Shown here: positions 28,401 to 39,100 of the stretch, piece after piece
Layout of the letters: each line of letters begins with the position of its first letter
How positions within the stretch are numbered: the stretch's first letter is position 1
Assembly: GCA_964035545.1 (NCBI GenBank)
Contig: OZ037765.1
Coordinates: forward strand, 13,836,698 to 13,900,697
Direction: 5' to 3'
DNA from: Bugula neritina
Taxonomy: Eukaryota > Animalia > Bryozoa
Length of the DNA stretch: 64,000 nucleotides
Notes under the pieces: model-generated
What the model saw: the letters and a program-made list of their open reading frames with translations, nothing else
Databases searched by the model: none
What the model was told of the DNA's origin: nothing
Made by a program: the position numbers and the translations under genes

Positions 28401-28879
28401 GAGAATTTGCATTGTTCACCTATTGCTAATGTGATATAATTTACATATTTATTTTATATAAACTGCATTTCCATGTTATAGATGTAAACAAGGCTTATAA
28501 ATTGAACCCTCGTGCCTTGGAATTCACAGTACCTAACTCACCTGCAATACGCCAACCTCAAGCAGCTCCTTCTTCAGCCTATGCTTCTAACTTTCACATT
28601 GCTCAGGTAATTAACTAAACTCGGAAGTCATAGCTCATTGTTGCTTAAGTGTTGATGTAATGTTTGTTTCTATAATATAATATAAATGGCTTTGTGATAA
28701 AATTTGCATATGGTTTCCAAAAACTGTATGTTAGTTTGCTGTCATAGCTGAAGTAATACATGCTGTCATATCTGTCTGTACAGGTTTCTCCCTGGACCAA
28801 TTACTTGTTGAGTTACACACCAATTAACAGTTTCATGGCTGATTTGCGAGAATCATGGCAGCGTTTTTCTTCATTTTAA
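19435..28879 (+). CDS. HELZ: HELZ-like UPF1-family (SF1) RNA helicase, ~900 aa, ~18 coding exons, C-terminal PAM2 motif
   Basis: [35 protein letters not shown], Walker [75 protein letters not shown], then LNPRALEF (PAM2); stop TAA 28877-28879. Orthologue vs paralogue not resolved. Confidence 0.88.
19550..19621 (+). pseudogene. tRNA-like element copy 1 (Ala-TGC/Cys-like, defective anticodon arm)
   Basis: A box tggtgtaattgg, B box ggttcgaatcc, anticodon arm cctgc-ttgcaa-gccgg with 6-nt loop, poorly paired acceptor stem, T-run downstream. Confidence 0.7.
19779..19850 (+). pseudogene. tRNA-like element copy 2, 229 bp downstream of copy 1
   Basis: Same A box and cctgcttgcaagccggagg core; B box mutated (ggtttgaatcc); shares the 24-bp upstream leader with copy 1. 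Confidence 0.7.
22147..23837 (-). mobile_element. Non-autonomous hAT (Charlie/SPIN-like) DNA transposon, 1.69 kb, in a HELZ-like intron
   Basis: TIRs caggggtgtccaa / ttggacagccctg; perfect 8-bp TSD gtttaaat (22139-22146, 23838-23845); minus-strand transposase C-terminal remnant ~22545-22705 [42 protein letters not shown]. Confidence 0.92.
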
Positions 28880-29235
28880 TCGTATATGTACAGGGTATTT
28901 GTGTATACATGTATATTATGTTTATATGTTTATATAGTGGTGTGGGAAAGTACCCTTACAGTAAGAAGGTTTTACAGACTACTTTTATTTACTTCAAATT
29001 TTGTGCATGTTGCATTTTATAAATATACAATATCTGTCTAGTAGTATATTCAATATATTTGACTTGTATACAAAGTAGTTGCTAAAGCATAAATATTTTC
29101 ACCTAATGAAGTGTATGTTTTCTTTTTAAACTGAGACAGCACTTGGTAACAAAAACTGCTTTTATGGCTTCTATTTTAGCACATGCATTGCAAGTGTTTT
29201 GTATTAGTAATATATTCTCGTTTTACATTTGAGTA

Positions 29236-29309
<74 letters not shown>
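29236..29309. repeat. (TA)n microsatellite downstream of the HELZ-like stop
   Basis: About 70 bp of near-pure TA. Confidence 0.95.
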
Positions 29310-29310
<1 letters not shown>

Positions 29311-30674
29311 CTTTTAATGTGTATCTTTTAATTTGTGCAAAAATGAGACTGCGTTATATATTTTATATATTACATGTGTATATTTTTAGTATTACTATAG
29401 CATACATGCACTTTGCAAGCTTTTGGAGTAATCAATAATAATGATTATTGGTAATAGAACATGTAATGTGCTTTTTAAATTTAAGTAGTTTTTATTACTC
29501 TTTCAAATTTTACTATCTAAAATAATAAAATAACACTAATTCACTGCATATTTATAAATTCATTTGATGCATTCATAGTTGAAATTAGAGGAATAGTCTT
29601 AGTGCATTTTAAAGATGAATACACTGATGAGCACTCGCTATAACATGGAAAATGTGTAAAATGTATTACAAGCAAATAAATTGACATAATACACCAGTGT
29701 AAGTCACAATTTTAAAGATTATGCAATAAGTCTAATTTTTAATAAGAAAAGAGCAATTACATTCTATTATTGGAGGACAACATTGAACTATATGTTATAA
29801 AGTTATGAGCTCTTGTTGACTTGTTTGCAAATATCTACGTATTCCATATGCTTACAACAAAACATGCTCTACTTTCTTAGCATTGATTTGTTAGTTTGCA
29901 TATAACACAAGCTTTTAATACATAATATCCTCCTTTAAAATAACTATTTAGTAGGATAAAGTAATAGTAACAAGATACTGTCTTGAAGCAACAAAAAGTC
30001 CTCATCTATGCATTCATAAGCTAGCCCATTGTAGAAATAAGATTGCAAAATTTTCATAAAGATAAATGATAATGGTGAGAGAATCTTATAAAACAGGAAA
30101 TTTTTCTCTCAGCAAAAATTAACTGAACTCCAACAAACAGCCTGTGGCTTGTAATGATAAGGTATTTCATAGTATTTCAGTCAAGCCTTTAAACAATTTA
30201 TACTAGCTGATAAAGTTAATTACCTCTCATGACATTTGAAACTGCTGCATGCTGCAAACTATCTTTTTAACTGTTTTCTATTAAATTAGAAGTATTATTT
30301 AGGATTTACCAGCTCGACAACAACTGGACTTATTGGTATATAAATGTTCTGATCTACCATTTTTTCCTAGAGTTATGCTCTCTTTACTGATGCAACTATA
30401 GCCCCTGCTTTGGTCAGATCTCTTGTGTCAAGTGTTGTTCGCTTTGTATCTCTCCCATTAATACAATACAACTATAGTATATTATAGCCTTCACTTTTAG
30501 AATAAATTTTGTGCTTTGCCTTATTCCCTTTAATCAATTTTTTATTGATACAACTATAGCTCTTACTTTCATTGTGACACAAGTATTGCTTATTTTAACT
30601 TTAACTTTCGTTTTTATGTTGGTCTTGCTCAGCGAAAAATGCTAAGAAACACAAAAAATATCTTCTTCCTTTAA

Positions 30675-31442
30675 AGGATTGCTCTATCTTAGTTTATTAC
30701 AATCACATTATAATTATGAACTATAATCTAATGTGTATGCAAACAATTGTGACTTTGCAAAGGGATAGATGCCTAGAAAACAGCTTTTCAAAATTCCAAT
30801 TTTGAGGGAGGTAAAATTTTCAGCCATGAAAAAGAATAGCCTAATACGTGACGTGTGAACGCCAGTAACTATGCTGCACGTGCTAACTATAACGCTAGTA
30901 TTCAAGGTTGCTGAGCGCAACATCAACCAATAACGCTCAAGCAGTTACAGTGCGCTATATAGGTCAGCTTTGGTGCGCCAGTAATATTGCACAATCTGAC
31001 CTAGTTTAGATCGATGGCAAGCATTCATCCTAAAGAATGCATGTTTTTGCAATGCTTTTTTCTATGCTTACAAGCAAAATATGGCCTAATGTTATCGCAT
31101 ACATGTTATTTAACATGTCAAAAAACTATAGATTGAGATAATTCACATTTGCACTTCTATAAATATACAAATTACGAGCTGAAAGATCACATCTCACAGT
31201 CATATTTCTATAGTTATTCATTTGTATAGTCACGTGACCAGCAGGAATGCTGGCGCTGTTACGTCACAGTTCCCAGCTCATTTCAAAATCGGCGTTTTGG
31301 CTGTTACCAATCTACACCCTCAACTTCAACTAACTTTTTCTACCTTTGGTCAAATGCTTTTTGTCAATGCATGCTTAGAAAAACACAATATTATGTGTGT
31401 TTGACCTAAATGGCCATTTATTAGACAAGATAGAGCAATCCT
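30675..31442. mobile_element. Non-autonomous TTAA-targeting DNA transposon (Kolobok-like), 768 bp
   Basis: ttaa|aggattgctctatctt ... aagatagagcaatcct|ttaa: perfect 16-bp TIR, TTAA TSD, purine-purine 5' end; CpG-rich interior, no ORF. Confidence 0.88.
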
Positions 31443-31610
31443 TTAAATATCAGCGTTTTTCTCGAACAAAACTTCTGACCTACATATACAATACTAAAAT
31501 TAGTGTTGCTTTATCAATATTTAAAGAATAATGTGAAATGAATTGCTGGTTTAATCTACAACTCACATGCTTATACGTTAACAGCAATTTAATGTTGTGT
31601 GGTTTGTTCC

Positions 31611-31649
<39 letters not shown>

Positions 31650-31664
31650 GAGTAAATGAGGAGT

Positions 31665-31798
31665 AAATAATATTACTGCTGAAACATAACACAGGATGAA
31701 TTTAGCATGCGTTATATGTATATATTATATACATATATTATATACATATAACGCATGCTAAATTCATCCTGTGTTATGTTTCAGCAGTAATATTATTT
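31665..31798. repeat. Perfect 60-bp inverted repeat with 14-nt AT spacer
   Basis: aaataatattactgctgaaacataacacaggatgaatttagcatgcgttatatgtatata (31665-31724) is the reverse complement of 31739-31798; adjacent to (TA)n at 31613-31646. Confidence 0.95.
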
Positions 31799-32629
31799 GG
31801 TCATAATTTGAAAACTAGACTAAACAATTGGCTGCACCACATGCAGTATTCTAATTTCATTTTATATGTGCCACTAATATTAGGCAATAGCTGCTACATA
31901 TGCTACATACATGTGATGTCTGTGAGAAATTCCCATGCTTATAGACCATTTTCTGACCATTTCCAGTGCTCCATAATATAGATACCTTTCTTATAAACCT
32001 CATAAAACTCTCCATGGCGAAGACTCCAAGCTTGAAGCTTCCCACCATAAAAAGAGTGACCATGCTTGCGCTGCCTGGTGGCTGGTACAGCATTTAAAAA
32101 ATAAACTTCTTTTATATAGTGACTTTGAACCGTATAAATAACAATAATAGTGATGATAACATAATATTATGGTGATCATATTAAGCTGAAAATTATATAC
32201 CTGCAATGAATCACTGTCACCTGTTATAGCAGATAATTATTCTGGCAGTTAAAGCAAAACATTCTTACATAGTCTGTACAATGAACTGGAAATTTAAAGC
32301 CATACATGGATGCACTTTGTCATCTTTATTTGACAGCTCAGGAAGGATATTTTATTTACATAACATTTTGCTTTTTAAAAGTTTTAAGATTGTTTACAGC
32401 AATACATTTTCAACAGTTTCGTTCCCAAAACTGATTTCATGCTAAAAACAACTATGTATATAATGCTATTTTAAGTGATCCTTAAAAGCTTTTTATATAG
32501 GACATCGAAAAAGGATCAGGACTGGAAAAAGCATTAATTAAAGAGAGGTGGTGCAGCAATGGAGAAAATGGGAAAAGCCTGTGTTCTATATTAAAAGGTA
32601 GCAAAAGAAGTTATGCTCTCGCAAAGATT

Positions 32630-33020
32630 TCAACCCGCGCTCCAAATCAAAATTTAAAAATAAAATTAAAGAACTAAGGCTATCTCAATTTCTTCACTAC
32701 TGTTCCTAAATTTAGCGTCCAATCCGCCTGAGATGATGATGATCAGATATGAGGTAAAGATAAATTCGATCTTTTTCGACCCTGGAGCTAATGAATGACA
32801 TACAATAATTGGTCGAACTATTTGCACCACCATTCCGTCTATAAAAATGTGATATGCACGCCCACGACCCAACGCACAGTGCGGTTTGCTACAATTCCAA
32901 TAGACGTAGTAGATCCAGAGTTCACTTTTTACTAGTAGCCAACTAATGTTCATGCACACTGATACTGATACACGCGATTTACTTTTTATCATTATGCAAT
33001 CCAAATACAACGCACTACGA
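32630..33020. promoter_or_regulatory. Putative RPTOR promoter / 5' non-coding exon
   Basis: CpG-rich island (cccgcgc, gcgtccaatccgcc, gcacgcccacgacccaacgcacagtgcgg) with CCAAT motifs, 3 kb upstream of the first coding exon and followed by a long ANT tract. Confidence 0.55.
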
Positions 33021-34890
33021 GTATGACTATTATATTTACTGAGATTGCAGTGTAAATTTTTATATAAACTTGCTTTTCTAGTTAAACTTAACGTTAAACC
33101 ACTGTTACATCTACACTAAATTACTGTAACTGTAAGTGTATTACTATTAGTATTACTATTACTGTATTAGTATTACTATTACTATTAGTATAATTATAAT
33201 TAATATTAAAATTATTATTAGTATTACATTTACTGTTGCTGTTAGTGTTACTGTTACTGCAGTAAGACGTTAGTAATACGTATACTTAGTCTTATAGTAA
33301 TACTAATAGTATTAGTATTACTATTACTATTAGTGGTAAATTTAGTTATGTTTATACTTAATCTTATACTTATACTTATAGTATAAGTTAGTTAATTAGT
33401 ATAACTATAAAATTAAGCACTGTAACTTTAAGTATTACTACTAGTACTACTCACTAACTCTAAGACTAAGTACTACTACTACTAGTACTAGTAGTACAGT
33501 AGTAGTAGTATTACTAGTACTACTGGCACTGCTAGTACTACTACTACTAATAGTAGACAAGTAGTACTAGTACTACTCTTACTTTTAGTCTTAGAGTTAG
33601 TATCAATAAATGAATAATAACAATAAAAACCCTGAAGTTGAAATTATTCAATTTCTCCACTCTAAGCAAGTTTAGTTATATCGTTAAATTTAATCATTAT
33701 GATTATGATTATAATTAGAACTATCAGTATCACCATTGGCAGACATTGGAGACTGAGTGTGACACTGACTGTGACACTGACTATCATAATGATAATTACT
33801 CACTATTTCGTCTCACTCAGTCACTGTCATATTGATAGTAGTAGTATTAGTAGTAGTACTAGTAGTGCCAATCACAATCACAATAGCCATGCACTTACAC
33901 TTACAGCATACTGATGCTGATGGTCAACGTCATAAACTCATTGTCAATGTCATACTCATCCTCATGGTCGTAGTGATAGTCATTATGATTATTGTTATGA
34001 TTACTCATTGGGTTTGGTCATATTCATAATGATAATCATAGTGATAGCCATAGTGATAATTTTACCCATGCTAATAGTCTGATACCCGTCGGTTACACAT
34101 TCACAGTCAATGTCACTCTTGTCCTGAGTTAAAATCTCTTGTCTCTGAGTTAAACTCAAACTCAATATGGTGATCACTTATAGTTATACATATCCTGTCA
34201 TAGTGATAGACTGATACTAATAGTGAAAATGAGTTTGATAACCATGCTGACGTAGTGAACTTATCTCATAGTAAATGTAATTATCATGGTGGTATTATTA
34301 TTAAGTATTAGGCATTTTTAATGAATTTGCCAAGTTTAATATTCATAAGTAGTAGTAAAAGTTAAGTGATAGTAAAAGTTATAGTGAGACTCATTCAGTC
34401 ATACTCATAGACATAGTCATATTCGTACTGATGTTCAATGATTTTAATTAATATTACAACTGATGTTCATTATTATGTTCACTCACTGATAAGCGTATTA
34501 TCACTGATTAGTGATTACTCGTAGTCATTGTAAACTTGTTGTAACACTGACAGTAACAGTATAAGTAGACTATGAGTCTGAGATGACTCTTTGTTTTTTA
34601 ACAATTTTTGATTAGAGTTTGACTGTGTAGAACTGACAGTGTTTCAACTTGACGCTCATCAGTAGTCATGAAACTTGATCACCTATACATTAATATTGAC
34701 TATTCCTAAACACAATGATTCACAATGAATAGTGATAGTTATACTTATTGCCACTAAAACACTCTAAGCTTATACTAGTCTACGATACTGACCTCATAAT
34801 GATACTCATAATAAGTCTAGTTTTCATTCACATTGACAATTTTATTGTGATACTGTAACTTATAACTTTAGGCTATTAAATTTAGTTATT
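33020..34890. repeat. Longest ANT-periodic low-complexity tract (~1.9 kb), upstream of the RPTOR coding exons
   Basis: attactattagtattactattact, actagtactagtagtacagtagtagtagt, gtgacactgactgtgacactgactatcataatgataatt, atagtgatagccatagtgata. Confidence 0.8.
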
Positions 34891-36173
34891 TAGTTTTATA
34901 AATTTAAAGCTACAAAGTCGTGGTTTAGTTCTAAATCAAAAATTGTTGAAGGTTGAAAAACAAAGTAAAAATCTATTAAATTTATTAGTGACAATAGATA
35001 GCAGAGTATTCTAGAAACTGTAAGTATATTACATGAAATCTTAATAAACTTGATTGTAAAGTTGAAATAAAAATACAAAAGTTAGGGTACCCTCCACTGC
35101 TGTTCCACAGCCTCATAACGCAGACTCCTAGTGCATGTTGTGTGACTGAGTGTACTCGTGTGTGTGACTGACAGTACCCGACTGGTTGTAGTTGCATGCA
35201 TGGACCTGAGTGTGGGTTGTTCATGTAAAATTTATACCTATTGCTACTCAAAGTTATAGTGGCATGCATAGCAGTTCTACTTTACTCTCTGATGAAATTT
35301 AATAGTTTTGTTGCAGCCCCAACCTAAATGTGTGCAAAAGTCACTATAAGTAAGGCAGTTTTACTAATCAATTATTTTTGTCGTAACTGGATCCCTAAGC
35401 ACTAAAGTAAAAGTCTGCAGGACAAATGTAATAACTATTTGGAGTAGACTTTAATGCTAAATGACCATGCTGTTTATTGTTATAATAATTTTAGCAGCTA
35501 GTCAGCATTACGATTGTTAACAGTTTCAACTACTTGAACTGTTTAATGAATTTAATCACCAAGGTAAATGTTAGTTCCTTTGCTCATTATGATAAATGTC
35601 AATAACCATAATTTGAAACTCTAAGGTAGCTTTGTTTTAATAATATAATAATTTTATCAATATGGACTTCCTTGAAATTGATTATTTATTGATAATAATA
35701 ATTATATCAATGGATAATAATTATAGCGATTATAAAAACTCACAACACTTGGTTATTAATAAAAAAAAAACGACTCTAGTAGTAATAGTCATAGTAATAT
35801 ATATTAATATAATCCTTGAATCTAGAAGTAAATAGGATATGTAGAAACTCACTTGACTTTTTAAGATGCACTCAATACTGCCAAGTATACTCAGGCTTGG
35901 TCTTCCACTTTCAGCGGCCAGTCTTTTAGCATGCATAAAATGCATTGTTTCGACATTTGCTTAGAAGTACCGATGCTTATATGACTATGTTATTTCAAAT
36001 ATAACAAGTTGCAAACAAATAATTAGTGTTAAGAATATATATATATTTCTTATTAACATAATTTGACTGAATATAGTACATATAGCATCTGCATGAACTT
36101 TTAAATATTAGGCATTAGCTTTGATCCTAGGGAGTATTTCTTGCAACAATATTTCAGGTCCTAGTTGTAAAAG

Positions 36174-39100
36174 ATGGCACATTCTGCAACAGACAGCCTC
36201 CATAATTCTCTCAGTAAAAATGCTGTTGCTATAAATCAAGAAGATTTAACAGCAGATGCTCTTATGAGCTCAGAATATAATATTCCGCTGACTTTCACTG
36301 AGAAGAGACATATAGAAAAGATTATAGGGACACAGAAACCTTCTGGTGCTTGGCGGATGAAAGAGCGGGTGGGTGATTCTTATGATTCAGAGGCTGTAAT
36401 ATCAAATAAAATAAGTTTAAGACAAAAATAAATGGGATATCAAAATTTTGTATGTTACAAATGGCCCTATGTCATTACTACTTTTGCTGTTTATTGTTCT
36501 ATTTTCACCTGATGCTATTTTTAATTTCAAGTTAATAAATCTGGCCTTCCTGATATTTGCTTGAATAATTTTTTGTTATTCACTTTTATTTGAACAATTT
36601 CACTCTCCATCTTCCTTATCTGTTCTCCATATCGATGTGAATACAGATAACTGGTGGTGCAAGGTTTTAAATTGATTTGCCAGCCAGCATCACCCAAGTA
36701 TGTATTGAAATATATTTGTAGATGAAGACAGTTAGTGTGGCACTGGTTTTGTGTCTCAATGTTGGTGTAGATCCACCAGATGTTCTTAAAATACAGCCAT
36801 GTGCAAGGGAGGAATGCTGGATTGGTTAGTTTCAACTGATACTAAATCACATATTTTTTATATGGTGTAAATAATGCACATAAGGGAGCAGCCCTGGTCT
36901 AGAGGTTAAAGTGTTTGGCTTAGCAAACACAAAGTCATGGGTTCAAACCCCAGTAAAGGCCATTGGTAATGTTAGAAAGAGCATTCAGTCATAATTGCCC
37001 CTGTGCCACATAGATGAATAAGTCCTTAGCCCGCTTTAAAAAAACCAAGTTTATCAGGGGTTCTCACAAGGATGGCAACTATAAACTTGCATGAGTTCTT
37101 TTTTTAATAATGTACACTTATTTTTTCTATGTGAATTTGTTATGAGTCTGGGGTATTTATTTTTGATTTTTCTTATTGGAATTACATTTAGATTTTTCAC
37201 TTATTTAACACACACCAACTGTCCGATAAACAAAGATTCGAATTTCAAATTAGTCACCTTCAAGTTATCATTAGTAGAATCCCTATTAGCTTACCTTCAT
37301 TTGATAGCACTAGTTCGTAACTTATAACAATTAGTTTAACAAAAATAAACTAAACATACTTTTAGTGAAGCAGCTATTTGTTCACTAGCAGGTTGTACCA
37401 GTGGTTTCTACAGGTAACTTGTATTTTGAACATTATGTTTAACTTTTTTTCAGTTGTAAATTTGTAACTATATTATTATGAAAATATATCATTTTGTTGA
37501 TTTAAGTTCTCTGGTTTAAAAATTGTTCTCAAATAATTAACATTTTTGCTTGTTAATAATTTTTTACTTACTTTGTCTTGAATAAAATGTACATTACACT
37601 TGTTAAATAAGTAAATTTTCTTTTTTGAATATTTAAAGACCTTTCACAAAAGTTTACTTTACTGTGTAAGGGTTAATTTTAAAAGAAGTTAAACATTGTT
37701 TTTAGCTATTTACATAAAAGCAATGATATACTTAAAAAGCAAGACTGCTTTATGAATTTTTATCAAAGTCAAAATAGCGCAGCTAAACCAAACATCTAGT
37801 ATGAGCCTCACACTTTTTGTTAATGAAAAGTTATGCAAATATTAAAAATTCTAAGTGTTAGGGAAAGATTCAAGTAGTAACATTTATTATTGGCATTTTT
37901 TAAGTAATTTTTAAACGAATTTTGAATAAACTTCAAATAGGCTAAAATTATAAATAAAATATTCAATGAAATAAACCTAATAGGGACAAGTTGACAATTT
38001 TATGCTAGTTTAATATTATATACTTAGGATAGTTATTTACTGTATATTTATTATTTCAGATCCTTTAGCGACAGGTCCAAAGAAGGCTTTGGAGGCTATT
38101 GGCTGCCAACTACAAAAGCAGTATGAAAGATGGCAGCCCAGAGCTCGATCTAAACTAAGCCTAGATCCTACATTAGAAGAAGTTAAAAAGTTGTGCCAGT
38201 CACTGCGTCGAAATGCTAAGGTCTGTTATTCATATAAATTTTTCACAAAATTCAAATTAAATTTTCTGAAAAGAAAGTTACCAATGTTATATTATATGAC
38301 TTTCTGTTGTAGGAAGAAAGAGTGCTTTTCCATTACAATGGTCACGGAGTGCCCAAACCTACGGAAAATGGAGAGATATGGGTTTTCAATAAGGTACAAT
38401 TACAGAAGTGTCATCACAGATTCTACTGTAGTTTCACTTGTCTTCTGGGTCTTACTCTTCACTTCATTAGGGATCTGTTATAGCAAATTCTCTACAAGCT
38501 TCAAGTTGAGGAAATTGAATTATTTAATCAATATTTATAAATAATGTAGATTTGGGTTCCATTGTTCTTTTGCAACAATTGGAGGATAAATGAAAATCCT
38601 CTTGCTTTTTACTTATAACTGATGATTTCCTGTTGTAAATCTCAGATTACTAAATAAATATTATTGTCTATATTTAGAATATTGATGTTGTAACCTGCAT
38701 AACCTGTAAACCTGCCTATTGACTAGTGCTAGACCAACTATTTATTTCAATTATAGCTAAAGTGATTTTTTTTAATCAGTCTGTGCTCAACTAGCTATGA
38801 GGTGAGGAGGGGTAAGGAGTTTTTAGCCGCTAGGTTAATATTAATTTGCAATAGTGGATACAATAATTATTGGTAATGGTTTTCTAGCCAAGTGGTGGCA
38901 ACAATTAATGGAGCAACATTGAAATAGTTGCAATCATTAGATTATTAGTATTTTGTAACTCTAATTATTTTCTCCTTGGGCCAGTATTACTGTGTGTTAA
39001 TTTAGTGTAGATATCTTGTAGAATTACACACAGTATATACCCCTGTCACTGTATACTCTACAATCATGGATGAGCATGCCTTCTATCTATGTGTTTGATT

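Noticed and set aside
32728-32800. C/D snoRNA suggested by atgatga near the RPTOR promoter
   Set aside because: No properly placed CTGA D box or terminal stem; the motif is part of a gat repeat
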